Of a stretch of DNA of 64,000 nt, positions 25,082 through 37,879 are shown piece after piece. The stretch lies in NCBI RefSeq assembly GCF_036321535.1, contig NC_087436.1, positions 15,562,001 through 15,626,000 on the forward strand. The letters run 5' to 3'. Made by a program: the position numbers and the translations under genes. Every line of letters begins with the position of its first letter. Positions within the stretch are counted from its first letter, which is position 1. The DNA comes from Camelus dromedarius. Its lineage: Eukaryota. The notes below the pieces were generated by a model. The model worked only from the letters and a program-made list of their open reading frames with translations. It was not told the DNA's origin and ran no database searches.

Positions 25082-28000
25082 AGCAAAACAGCAGAAAACA
25101 CATTCTTTTCAAGTGCATATGGAACATCCCCAAGATAGATCACATGCTAGGGCACAAAATAAGTCTCAATAAATTTAAGATTGAAATCAAATCAAGCATT
25201 TTTTCTGACCATAGAACCATGAGACTAGAAATCAACAAAAGATTATAAAAGATTACAACAAACAACTGTATGCCAATAAAATGGACAAGCTAGAAAAATG
25301 GACAAATTCCTAGAGACGTACAATCTTCCAAAACTGAGTCAGGAAGAAATAGAAAATATAAACAGACCAATTATCAGTAATGAAATAGAATCAATAAAAA
25401 AAAAAAAAAAACAGAAAGAAAAAGGAAAAGAAAGAAAGAAAAGAAAAACAAAAACAAAAACAAAAAACCCTCCCCCAAAACAAAAAGTCCAGGACCAGAG
25501 AACTTCACAGGTGAATCCTACAAAACATTTAAAGACGGCTTAACATCTATTCTTCTCAAACTATTCCAAAAAAAAGTTGTACAGGATGGATTGCTTCTGA
25601 ACTCATTCTACAAGGCCAGCATCACCCTGATAAGAAAACTAGTCAAAGACACTACAAAAAAAGAAAAAACATTACAGGCCATTGTCATTTAATATAGATG
25701 CAAAAATTCTAAACAAAATATTAACAAACCAAATTTAACAATACATTAAAAAAGATCATAAACCATGATCAAGTGGGATTTATCCCAGGGATGCAAGGAT
25801 GTTTCAATATCTGCAAATCAATCAACATGATATACTACTTTAACAAATTGAGGAATAAAAATCATATGATCACAGATGCAAAAAAAGCTTTTGACAACAT
25901 TCAACATCCATTTATTTTAAAAATCCTCAATAAAATGGGTAGAGGGAAAGTACTTCAACGTATTAAAGGCCATATATGACAAACCTACAGCTAACATCAT
26001 ACTCAGTGGTGGAAAGCTGAAAGCATTTTCTCTAAGATCAGGAACAAGACAAGGATGCCCACTCTAACCACTTTTATTCAACATAGTGTTGGAAGTCCTA
26101 GACACAGTTATCAGACAAAAAAATGGAAATAAAAGCATCCAAATTTGAAAAAAGTAAAACTGTCATTCTTTGCAGATGATATAGTACTATGTATAGAAAT
26201 CCTAAAGATGCCATCAAAAACAATTCAAATAAATGAATTCAGTAAAATTGCAGGATACAAAATTAATAAACAGAAATCTGTTTGCATTTCCATAGACTAA
26301 TAAAAGGGAAATTGAGAAAACAATCCCATTTGCAAGTGCATAACAAAGAATAAAATATCTAGGAATATATCTAACCAAAGAGATAAAAGACATGTATTCT
26401 GAAAACTATGAGACATTGATGAAGGAAATTGAAGACAACACAAACAAAAGGAAAGATATTCCATATTTATGGATTGGAAGAATTAATATTGTTAAAATGA
26501 CCATAACTCCCAAAATAATCTACAGATTCAGTGCAATGTCTATCAAAATACCAAAAGCATTTTTCACAGAACTAGAACAAATAATTACAAAGTTGTCATG
26601 GAAATGCAAATGATCCTGAATTGCCCAAGCAATCTTGAGAAAAGAACAAAGCTGGAGATATCAAGTTCCCTGATCTCAAATTATACCACAAAGCTACAGT
26701 AATCAAAACAGTATGATACTGGCACAAAAATAGGCACAGAGATCAATGTAACAGAATAGAGAGCCCAGAAATGAGCTCACACCTATATGGGCAATTAATC
26801 TATAATAAAGAGGCAAAAATATACAATAGGGAAAGGATAGCCTTTTCAATAAATGGTGTTGGGAAAACTGGACAGCTACATGCAAAAGAATCTAACTGGA
26901 TTACTTTTCTCACACCATGCGCAAAAATTAATTCAGAATGGATTAAAAACTTACATGTAAGATCCTAAACCATAAAACTTCCAGAAGAAAACATAGGCAG
27001 TATACTCTTGGACAACAGTTTTAGCAATATTTTTTGTATATGTCTCTTCAGGCAAGGGAAACAAAAGCAAAAATAAACATATAGGATGACATCAGACTTA
27101 AAAGCCTTCTGCACAGCAAAGAAAACTCTCAACAAAACAAAAAGGTAGCTTACTGAATAGGAGAAAATATTTGCAAATAACATATGTAATGAAGGGTTAA
27201 TATCCAACATATATAAAGAACTCATGCAACTCAACATCAAAAAAAACCCAATCTGATTAAAAAATTGGCAGAAGATATCTGAAATCTGAAAGATATCTGA
27301 AAGAAATATCTGAATAGATATTTTTCTAAAGAAAAATTACAGATAGCCAACAGCACATGAAAAGATGTTTAATATCACTAATCATCAGGGAAATGCAAAT
27401 CAAAAGCACAATGAGATACCACCTCACATCTGTCAGAATGGCAATCATCAAAAAGACAACAAATAACAAGTGCTGGTGAGGATGTAGAGAAAAGGGAACC
27501 CTCCTGCACTGTTGGTGGGAATGTATATTAGTGCAGCCACCATGGAAAATATTATGGAGATTCCCTAAAAAATTAAGAATAAGCCTACCAAATAATCCAG
27601 TTATCCCACTTCTGAGTATTTATCCAAAGACTATAAAACACTAATTCAAAAAGATATTTGTACCCCTATGTTCATCACAGCATCATTTATAATAACCAAG
27701 ATATGGAAACAACCTAAGTGTCCATCAACAGATGAATGGATAAAGAAGAAGTGGTATATACACACAATGGAATATAGTCATAAAACAATGAAATCTTGCC
27801 ATTTATGACAATATGGATGGATGCAGAAGATATTATGCTACACAAGAAAAGTTGGACAGAGAAAGACAAACACTATATGATCTCACTCATATGTGGACTC
27901 TAAAAAGCAAAATAAACCACAAACAAAATAAAATGAAAATAGACTCACAGGTACAGAGAACAAAAGGGTGGTTGCCAGAGAGGAGGGGAATGAGGCAGCT

Positions 28001-28260
28001 TAATAGGTGAAGGGGATTAGGCTGTACAAACCTTTGTTATAAAATAAATAAGCCACAGGGATGTTATATACAGCATAAGGAACACAGGTAATAATATTGT
28101 AATAACTTTGTATGGGGAGAGATGGTTCCTAGACCCATCATGGTGATCATTTCATAATGTAGGCAAATGTCAAATCATTAATTAGTACACCTGAAACTGA
28201 CATAATATTGTACATCAGCTATATTTCAATAAAATAAAGTAAATGAATAAATAAATGAAT
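25082..28260 (+). mobile_element. older 5'-truncated L1 (ORF2 with frameshifts, internal deletion near 25240, 3' UTR)
   Basis: ORF fragments [56 protein letters not shown]-rich tail; no TSD found. Confidence 0.92.
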
Positions 28261-28859
28261 GCCATACCACCCCCCAGCCTCTTTCAACTATTGTAATCAT
28301 TGACGTCTATCGCTAAAGTTTGAAGACAAGATCTAGAATAAAGTGCCTCTTGGAATAGAAACACAGTCATGGACATGTAGGGATCCTGTTAAGACAACTG
28401 CACACCCCTCCTTCAGTCAGCGCCTGAGGCATCTGACCTAGGCTTCTGCAGTGTTTAGAATGAATGGTATTTAAGGCAAACCAGCCCTGACATCACATAC
28501 GTCCTTGGAATTAGGTAGTAGGCCGATTAACCTACAGACACGCAGAAACACAGCCAGGGTAAGGGAATGGATGAGTGACATCAGGAATGATCCAAGGCTT
28601 CAACATTTGGTTTGCAATCAGGATCCATTATGAAGCTGCCCATGTAACCCCAGCAGAGAAAAATCTCTAACAAATAAATTCCTGACTTCAGAAGAAAGGG
28701 ACCTTTTTCTCTCAAACCATTACCTTGGAGCATCAGTCATCTTGATGGCAGATAAATCATAGTTCATCTCCAGCATTTATCCAAGTGCCCAGAATATCAT
28801 AGGCATTCAATATTTATTAGACAAATGAGTTTCAGTTGTTTAGAATGTTTGACAGTTGG

Positions 28860-30340
28860 TTCCAGGTAGAGGTGATAGATTAAACAAATGCTGCTGTTTT
28901 GACTCCCTCCAGAACCCACGAAAACTCATTAGGATGGGGAGAGAGGGAGAAGCAAAAGCAACAGAATTTTGGAGGCTAGAAAGCAGTGATAAAGGACACG
29001 GCAGACCTGAGAAAACCAAATGCTAAGTTCGTGGTGTTGCAAGATCCCTCAGATGTGGAGTGAAGATGAAGAGAGCTAACATAAGGGAACTGGTTGGAGG
29101 TTGGAAGCCACTTGGGAAGTAGTACTACTTTTATGTCCTTTTCCCACACTCTTTTCCACCGAGTGACCCCCTACCTCCACCTCCCCTAACAGAAGTGGAC
29201 ATTTATCCACTTTTTTCCCCAAAGCTGAAAGGGCTTAGGAACTCTGCCAAGAAAACAGGGATTAATTTATGTAGACACACCACATGGTCAGATCCTCTCC
29301 CAATTCCTGATATGCTGGGAATCAAGCCTCACTCTCCAGACAGAAGATTGGAGAAGACTTCTCTAAGGAAAACGACTAGCCCAAGTGGGGAAAAAAAATC
29401 CCTAAAGGTAATGGTATGGAGTGGGATTTGGGGCAGGGGAAGGGATTCCCTAACAAAGAGCTTACTCATGTCACCTTTAAGTAAAGTTATAGTCAATAGG
29501 TTCCCAAAGCCCAGAGCTTCTCATCAGTTTTTTGCTCTCCCACCCTTAAATATAAGCAGGCAAGTAGGCTTACCAAACATCCGAGGAAATACCAACGTGA
29601 AAGATAACTGAAGGACCGAAATTGCCAGACTGAAAAGACCCACAAAATACACAGCTCAGTGAATAGAAACAGACTTATACCAAACACATGATCTTGAAAT
29701 TTTAGATTGCCAGACACAAAGACAAATTTCTCCAAACTTTGGAAGAGAAAAAGCGCATGCAAATGAGTAGGAATCAGAATGGCATCAGAATTCTCAACAA
29801 CCCTGAACCCTGAACTCTGAGGGCAGTAGAGCAGTGCCTCCAGAATTCTGAAGGAAAATGATTTCTTACTCAGAATTCTTGTCCATCAAGAATAAAGGTA
29901 GAAAGTGGGAGGGTATAGCTCAGTGGTAGAGAGAGTGCTTAGATGCATGAGGTCCTGGGTTCGATCCTCCGTATCTCCACTATAAACAAACAAAGAAACG
30001 AACAAGCCTAATTCCACACCCCCCACAAAAAAAGTGGAAAAAAGAATAAAGATAGAATATACATAAATTCTTAAAGTTTACCTTCTATGCACCATTTCTC
30101 AAGAAGCTAAGTGATGATGTGCTGAATCAAGAAGAAACAGAGAGTAAAACAAGAAAGAAGAAGGTATGAATTAAAGGAAAACAGAAAATCCATATAAGGA
30201 AATGGATGACGAGAGTCCTCAGGATGATGTGTGCTAGCTGTATACCAGGTATGGGGGGCAAAAAGCACAAACTGGAGCAATGTGACTCCAGAGAGAAGAC
30301 ATAATTGAGGCAGGTTATCGCTACGATGCCACATTACTAT
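28860..30340 (+). mobile_element. very old L1/HAL1-like 5' and ORF1 remnants
   Basis: ggaatcagaatggcatcagaattctcaaca, ttctgaaggaaaatgatttc...agaattct. Confidence 0.5.
29904..30041 (+). mobile_element. Vic-1-like SINE
   Basis: gggagggtatagctcagtggtagag (A box), ggttcgatcc (B box); TSD aagaataaag(g/a)tagaa at 29888-29903 and 30042-30057. Confidence 0.92.
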
Positions 30341-31143
30341 TTTTTTTTAAATCTGACAATGGAATGCCTGGATGAGATTGATCCAGGTTGTTATTTGTAT
30401 TTCCTTACCCATGTTTTCATGGCATTTCTGCCCACCTGCCCACCCTGAACCCTACACTAGAACATACAGCCTGGATAAGCTGAAGATGCTCACTAAACCC
30501 TGGGGAAGGTTTCTGCTTTGACCTTCTCCGGAACTGGAGGTGGGCTTTGGTGAACTTAGAAGCATCTCTCCCACCACAGTCTTTCCAGGTGTCCTGTACC
30601 CAGACCACCTGCCAATGGTCCCAACGGGAATAAGTCCTGTGTTTTCCAGGTCTCCCTCATGACCTTGTCCATTGATTCTCTAGTAATGGCTGTTACACAT
30701 TTTCATGGAAGCTGGAGCCAGACTACGGGCTAGAAATTCTGTTCAGCTTATCTTCTTAGAGATCTTCCTCTACCAGGGCCCTCATGCCCTTTTTCTTACA
30801 CACCTGGGGTTCTGCTTGCTGCTCAGCTTTACATTAACCACATAGAGCAGTTGATAAAGTATTTGAGAAAAGGGGATGTTCAATAGTGGTATTCGCTACA
30901 TATGTTGATGACTTCCCCTTTGAAACTTTGGTGATGATACCCTGAGGATGCAGCCAATAAGTACTGGATGGAAGTGGAAGGAGTTTGTTGTAGAAAAGCA
31001 GCCTCAAAGGGTGCTGAGCAGCCTTGAGAAAGTATCCATCTTCTCGGCTTCCATTTCAAGCCCCACATCATCTCCATTTGGCTGCCCAAATCTCCAATTC
31101 CAAATCTTTCCCTGCTGCCAGCACCTAGACTCTTTCCAAGACA

Positions 31144-31195
31144 CAAAACAAAACAAAACAAAACAAAACAAAACAAAACAAAACAAAACAAAACA
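31144..31195. repeat. (CAAAA)~10 microsatellite
   Basis: Read directly from the sequence. Confidence 0.95.
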
Positions 31196-31594
31196 GAATA
31201 CCCAAGTGGTAGCAATGATGTTACAGAGAGACTAAGGGTGTAACGAAGGGAGGAAGCTAAATCCAAAATACTGACCCTTCTCAATCTTCTTCCTGGCCAC
31301 CGGGTCACTCTGCTGCTAAAAATCCTCCATTGATCCCAACTGCCCCATCTATGGATCCTTCAGCATGACGTACAAAGGATAATATCATAATATCACCTCT
31401 TCTACCTTGCCAGCTTCACCTCTGGTCCCCTTACAGACCCTTTCCCTTGTTCTCAGCAATATGTAACTACTTCTAATTCCCTGAATATGGTGTTCACAAC
31501 TATTTTGACCATGCCTGGACGTCTCTTCTTACACCCTCCCTTCTTCTTTGCCTGATTAATACCTGCTTATTTTCAACACCCAGTTCAGACAGTT

Positions 31595-31900
31595 TACATT
31601 AGCGTTTACATTGTATGTTGTACAGCCTATGAGTTTTGACAAATGTATAATATTGTACATTCTATGGGTTGTGATGAATAGTTACATTTATATCATACAA
31701 AATAGTTTCACTTGCCTAAAAATCCACTGTACTCCACCTACTCATCCTCCCTCCCTCCCTCAAACCCTTGGAAACCACTGATCCTTTTCCTGTCTCCATA
31801 ATTGTGCCTTTTCCAGAATGTCATAGAATTGGAATCAAATGATATGTAGACTTTTTTAACTGGCTTCTTTCACTTAACAAGATGCATTTAAGTGGCTTTT
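31595..31900 (-). mobile_element. L1MC/MD-like 3' UTR fragment
   Basis: ttgacaaatgtataat...aatagtttcact.gcctaaaaatcc...aaccactgatcc. Confidence 0.7.
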
Positions 31901-32222
31901 TGTGGCATATTATAACTCTGCAAGGTAAGTATTATTTTTAGTAGATGAACACGTGAGACTTGGAGAAAGAAGGTGACAGTGCAGAATAGCCAAAATATTA
32001 ATAATTCCACACTATCAGTCACTAAATAAACATTCATTGAGCCCCCGCTTTGCATCAGTGTCATGTTTGCTTGATTTCAAGAGCAATAGAAGGTAATTTC
32101 CTAGTCCTCAAGGATCTAATAATTTAGGGTATAAGATAGGTATATGAAAAAACTTGTCACTTCACATATGGAAAGGACTACTAAAAGGGTAGGCATCCTG
32201 CTGATAAAAAAAGAATTAATTC

Positions 32223-32296
32223 ATTCCTCAAAAAACTAAAAGTAGACTTACCATGTGATCCACTCCTGGGAATATATCTGGAGTTAACTCTAATTC
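32223..32296 (+). mobile_element. 74-bp tailless internal L1 ORF2 fragment with TSD
   Basis: attcctcaaaaaactaaaagtagacttaccatgtgatcc...; perfect 15-bp TSD aaaaagaattaattc at 32208-32222 and 32297-32311. Confidence 0.9.
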
Positions 32297-32619
32297 AAAA
32301 AGAATTAATTCCGATAATGTAGGCACTTGTCACAATAATGCCACACAGTAAGTGTTCATTAAATGTTAACTATTACTGTGTTTTCACTTAGTCCTTATAA
32401 TAGTCCTAACCCCTATGTATTGCTATCTCTTCTTTTTCTGGTTAGTATAGTTCAGAGTAATTAATTAACTTGCTCAAAATCACAGGATAAGGAAGTGAAT
32501 CTGGGTTTGCCCCAAAGCCCATATTCTCTCTGCATTCTTGCTGACTCTGGCTGAAGTGACATCATGTCCCAAGGTGGAGACATTACAGGGAAGGGTGTGT
32601 TGGGGACAGTGACAAGCTG

Positions 32620-32745
32620 AGTATGACTGACGCACAGGGGTGGGGACAGGAGCAGCAGGCAGTGGAGGCTGGTCAGTCAGGCTATAAAAGAAGCCCAAGT
32701 GCTGAAGGTCATACAGTGTGCCATTCTCACTGGTTGACTCATGAT
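32620..32745 (+). promoter_or_regulatory. candidate TATA core promoter in apparently unique sequence
   Basis: TGACGCA, GGGGTGGGG, TATAAAAG at 32683-32690, Inr-like tcAtac 28 nt downstream, AP-1 TGACTCA at 32735-32741. Motif-only evidence. Confidence 0.3.
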
Positions 32746-33702
32746 ATTTAGCTCTAAGAACTGCTGAAGTCGAGCATTCCCTTCAGAGTGTGCGGAATAA
32801 GACACGCTCTGTGTAAGACATTTTTGGTCTGGCTGAGGTCAGTGTGGTGGGTTTGTTGCTGAGGGAGAATTCTGACAATTGCTACTGAGAGGCTACATAA
32901 GCAAAGATAAGCAAAAATGTTTGTCTTCTGAAAGCAAAATTAGAGGAAAGCACAATCAGGATTCCATACATAACAAGTTTTGCAAATAAACACCAATTGG
33001 AAGAGAAACTTCAGGAAATGAAATTAAAATTGACCGAGTCCAGGTCTTTACACAAGACACATTTCTCCTTTCTCCCCTAGGTGCCTGGAATGCTCACCTG
33101 TGGGAGCATTTCCTTCTGTCAGCCAACAGCTTCTTGATTTGAGAAACAGAAATAAATAAAAAATTTGCCTTTGATCTCTATTACACCCTTGAAAGCATTC
33201 AGATGCTTTAAACTGAAAGAGCTAAATGCTCCTTGTACTCTTCTGGGGAAAAAATGGAAATTAATTCCTGCCTAGTTATTTTTAATAATGCGTTTGGCAT
33301 TGACTTTAATATAATAGAAAAAACATTAGCATTGAATTTCAGTTCAGAACAATTCAAGAACATTACCCATACCTACAAATCTGACATATTTTTAAAGTAT
33401 GACTTAAACGAAAGCAAACCAATGGCTGTCATTTTACCGTATTTTCTTGTTACCATTAAAATATCTGTTTTCTGCCAATACTCGCTTACTTATTTAACCA
33501 AACTGGTTACTGAGGATCTACTAAGTACCCAGCTTGGGCACTAAGAATACAGTCATGACCTAGGCAGACACAGGTCCCGTTCTGGTGGAGTTTCCAGTCT
33601 AATTAATAATACCAGAAAACTACAAGCAGTGGTATCAAAAGATTAAAGTTAGACATTTTTATCACTGAAATGCAAGAGGACTGGGCTTGTGAGTGCACAG
33701 AA

Positions 33703-33860
33703 CAGTGCTTCTCAAATTCCACATGTGAATCACGTGGGGATCTTATTAAGATACAGAATCTGATTCAGTAGGTCTGGGGTGGAGCTGATATTCTGTATTT
33801 AAATATGCCATCAAGTAATGCTGATGCCGCTGGTCAAAGGACCACACTTCATAGCAAAGG
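33703..33860. mobile_element. MER5-type hAT MITE
   Basis: cagtgcttctcaaa...tctgattcagtaggtctggggtgg...gctggtc..aggaccacactt. Confidence 0.8.
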
Positions 33861-35705
33861 CATAGACTGTTAAGATGTAAGATTATAAAATGTAATATTA
33901 AGATATAAAGCATAGAGTAATATTACAATTTTTTATTTTCTTGGGGTATAGAGAGCACCTGGTAAGAGCACTTGGTAATAATATATGGGTGAATGGGATG
34001 CATCTACAAATATGAAGTGTTCACAGGGGGAGGTAGAAAGTGGCATGGGAGCCAAACAGAAGAGAAACAGCATGAAGACTGGGGAGAGGAGGGGGTTCAG
34101 GAGATGCTTCCCAGGGAAGGTTGCATCTCTAATTGAGCCGGGAAGATGTGGAGGATGTCTGCAGCTGGAGAGGGCAGGAAGGTGCTCAAGGCTGAGCGTT
34201 GGCATCGCTGTTTTCCAGGGTCAGGTCAGGGCCTGTTCAGAGACCGGCCAGTGATCCTGTGCACTTGCTCTTCCATGCAGAGAAGCAGGAGTGATAAGAC
34301 TGGAAAGGACATTCATAGGAAGCCCTGCCTGATAAAATCCACCTCTAGTAAGGCCAAACCCAGCATTCCTATGATTGCACGCAAAGACCCTGACCTTTCT
34401 TTTTACTGCATTTTCTCTGCATCCATTGCACACAATACCTAGATTTATTGCTCAGGGCTTTGTCTGGGGTCTAGTTTGGGTATCCCTGTGTTCAGCTCCT
34501 GTGGTCCCTAACCATACCTCCCCTGTCCCTGTGGTTTCCCTTTCTGGCATGGCTCTGCTTTTGACGGGGTATCTGGTAATAGACTTCTTCACATTGGCCC
34601 TAAGATCCCTTTCCGTGAACTGTTGATTTGAGTACTCAGTTGGGCTCTCTCATAATCAGAACACATAGCAATACTTGTCCCACATCCCTGCTGAGTTCCT
34701 GCTGCCCCTGTTTGATGGATGTGAAATCTCTCATTCATCTCCATCTTCCCAGATTCTATTGTCTTTCTCCTTTATATTATGTACTTGATCCTTGGGAGGC
34801 ATGTGAGGCTACAGTCTGATTGAATATGTGGGACACAGGCAAAGGAGGGGGACAAAGAGATAGAGTCGTGAGGAGGAGCCATGAGGAGCTGTGTCTGCTT
34901 TAATTACTTCTGTGTCCCCCAGAGAGCACCTAGTAGAGGCTCAACACACATTGGCTAAATTTTAAGCACAGATTTTGTATAATCGTATTTCACTAATTTT
35001 CAAGACATTATGGATTCAAAAAGTACTCTATTTAGCTGGGCTTTCTGAGCACTAGCTGTCCCAAAATCCTAATCCCAAAAGCCTTACAGTAAACATTACA
35101 TTTTCCTTCACCACAGCCTTACTGTGCACTGGCAAGTGGACCCAACTTTGAGTTTGGTAACGCAAGTAGTATCAGAATTGAGTTGAATAGTAGGACACAA
35201 GATGGTGTCTGAGAAAACACCTCACATGGGAAACACATGGGGAAAATCTCACACGTTGCAATTGGAAGCAGAATTGTAGGGGTATTTTATAATAGAAACA
35301 CCTTTTCCCGAATATTTAGTTCACGCTATTGTGAAATCAAAAGTTATTTTAGACTCTTTTTTGCTTGCAAGCCTCTACATATAATGTTTCTTCTATTCAG
35401 AGGGATTTCTATTTTCTCCCCTCTTACCTCCTTTCATGACTGTTTAAGACAGAGTTCAATGTCTGTAACAGTTGGGATTATACTAACTGCGTGACAGAAA
35501 ACCCAAAATAATCATATCTTTAAAAGTACTTTACTTCTCATGTAAATGAAGTCCAGATGTATGAGATCTGATAGGTATGCCTTCTCCATGATCATCAGGG
35601 GTCCTGGTTTCTAGTTCCTTAATATCTGTTGTTAAAGACGGCTGATCCAGTTCCAGCCATTACACCTAAATGATATAGGAAAATAGGGGCCCAAGAGGAT
35701 AGTCA

Positions 35706-36208
35706 TGTCCCAGGTTTCAGGTGAGTCACTGAGACATGCCCCATCAAGTGAGGGTCCTTGGATTCATGCAAGAAAGAATTCAAGAATGAGCCATAGTTGA
35801 GTAAAAGTAGATTTATTCAGAGATGTGCACACTCCACAGACAGAGTGCAGGCCATTTCCAAAGGAGAGGAAGTGAGATGCCACAAAGCATGGTGTTGCTA
35901 GGTTTTATGGGCTTGGTGATTTCATAAGCTAACAAGTGGGAGGATTATTCCAACTACTTTGAGGAACGAGCTGGGATCCCTAGGAATGGGGCCACTGCCC
36001 TCTTTTTGACCTTTTATGGTCAGCCTTGGAAGTGTCATTTACCGTGCTAACATATTACAATGAGTATATAATGAAGCTCAAGGTCTACTGGATGTCAAAT
36101 CTACCTTCATCTTGGGCCTCAGGGTCTACTTTGAGTTGAATTCTCTGCCATCTTGGTGCTAATTACCATGTCATTTCTTTAATGGTTGTGCCCTCCTTTC
36201 CTATTTCA
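35706..36208 (-). mobile_element. solo ERV (ERV1-like) LTR inserted in an older MLT1-like LTR (~35455-36400)
   Basis: TG...CA ends; gggtccttgg.ttcatgcaagaaagaattcaaga; tttatt (antisense polyA signal). Confidence 0.6.
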
Positions 36209-36471
36209 CAAATTCTAGTCAACAAAGGCAAGGTGTGAAGAAGAGCACGTCCCTTCCCTTTAATGTATTTCTTTAAAGTTATGCACACCATTTCCCATTG
36301 GCCAGAATCTGGTCACATGGCTGTGCCTAGTGCCATTGGACACTGGAGAATGTAGATCTTGTTCTTGACTACCAAATGCCAAGGAGATAACAGATATTGG
36401 GGGGGGGGGTGCAAGCTTTGCCTCTCCTATGTTTCCTCTTGGATCCTCTATCCTCCCATCTTGTTCATCTC

Positions 36472-36606
36472 TAGAGTGACTGACTTGGCCTGATTTGCCC
36501 CGGATCTTCCTGGTGTTTGCACTAAAAGTCCCTGTGTCCCAGGAATATCATCCCACACCCCCAGCCCCCAGTCATGGGCAAGCTAACTGGGACAATAGTC
36601 ACCCTA
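36472..36606. mobile_element. MER81/MER94-like hAT-Blackjack MITE
   Basis: TIRs tagagtgact / agtcacccta; gcactaaaagtccc. Confidence 0.75.
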
Positions 36607-36763
36607 CATCACCTCTATCATGGATCTTATCATGCTATGAGCTCCTTGAGTGACAGACATGTGCCTGATTCACTGTTACAACCTCAGTACAGTTCTCCAC
36701 ACATGTAATTATAATAGCAAATACTTATAAAGCAAATATATCCTTTTAAGTGCTTTACATATG

Positions 36764-37195
36764 TGTTATGAGTTGAAGTAAGTTCCCTGCCCCTAAATCC
36801 TATGTTAAAGCCCCAGGACCTCAGAATGTGACCTTATCTGGGAATAGAGTTGCTGCAGATGTAATTAGTTAAGATCAGGTCACACTGGAGGAGGGTGAGC
36901 CTCTAATCCAATATGACTAGTGTCCTTATAAAAAGGGGAAGTTTGGACACAGAACATGCACACAGGAAGAATACCATGTGAAGACTGGAGTTTTGCTGCA
37001 CAAGCCAAAGAACTGCCTAAAATAAGAAAAGAAGTCTTGAAAAGATTTTTCCCTAGGGCTTCCAGGGGGAGTCTGACCCTCCCAACATGTTGATCTTGGA
37101 CTTCCAGCCTCCAGAACTGTGAGACAACACCTTTGTGTTATTTAAGCCTCTCAGTCGGTGGTACTTTGTTATGCTAGCCCCAGCCACCTAACATA
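36764..37195 (+). mobile_element. MLT1B-type LTR inserted in a MIR (MIR ~36700-37320, minus)
   Basis: tgttatgagttgaa...acctcagaatgtgacctta...ggacttccagcctccagaactgtgag; near-TSD atatg/atata; MIR core on both sides. Confidence 0.85.
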
Positions 37196-37240
37196 ATATA
37201 TTAGCTCATTTTAATCTTCACAGCTCCCTCATGAGATAGT

Positions 37241-37272
<32 letters not shown>

Positions 37273-37879
37273 ATTCCTGTTTTAGAGATGAGAAAACCGA
37301 GGCACAGAGCAGTGAAGAAAACCAAAGAGAGTTCTGAGGAGAAAAAAGTGAAAGAAATGTAAACAAACTGAAAGAAAGAAGGAAAGAGGAGGGAAAGGTG
37401 ATATTTTTGAAAAGTCAAAATGTGGGCAGGAATAAAGAGAAAGAAGGAGCAAAGGAAAAAGATTACAGCTTGACCTGGCCCAAGGACATTAGACACTCTA
37501 GGTCATTGTATATAAACCACTAACCTTTTTCTTTTGCAGATGTGTCAAGAGTTTGAATAAAAATGTTCTTCCAACAGGAAATGAATTCTCATTTTTGACA
37601 CTTCCATGTATTTTATTATATTTTGAACCTGAAGCTACAGCTCCTGAGAACCCTGGTCTTGATTTTGTAATATAGGCTTCATTTTTATTTGAAGAGAGGG
37701 ACTAATAATAATCGCTTGTTCCATGAATGTGATTTTGGGGGATCTGAATTTTATGCTCATATACTTTATGGATTTGTTTTTGATGGATGAAATAGTACTT
37801 AATTTAAAAAGCTCTTATATATTACATATTATGCTTCTTACCTCTAGTTTCATATATATTCATATATATATTCTTGCTG

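Noticed and set aside
27270..27320. Repeated gatatctgaa units inside L1
   Set aside because: Local slippage duplication in a dead L1; no evidence of function.
29907..29980. tRNA-like sequences (also 59778-59853 and 5795-5863)
   Set aside because: SINE heads with tails and, in two cases, clear TSDs; not complete tRNA cloverleaves.
30880..31308. 142-aa minus-strand ORF and overlapping ORFs
   Set aside because: Span the (CAAAA)n repeat; no recognisable domain or splice context.
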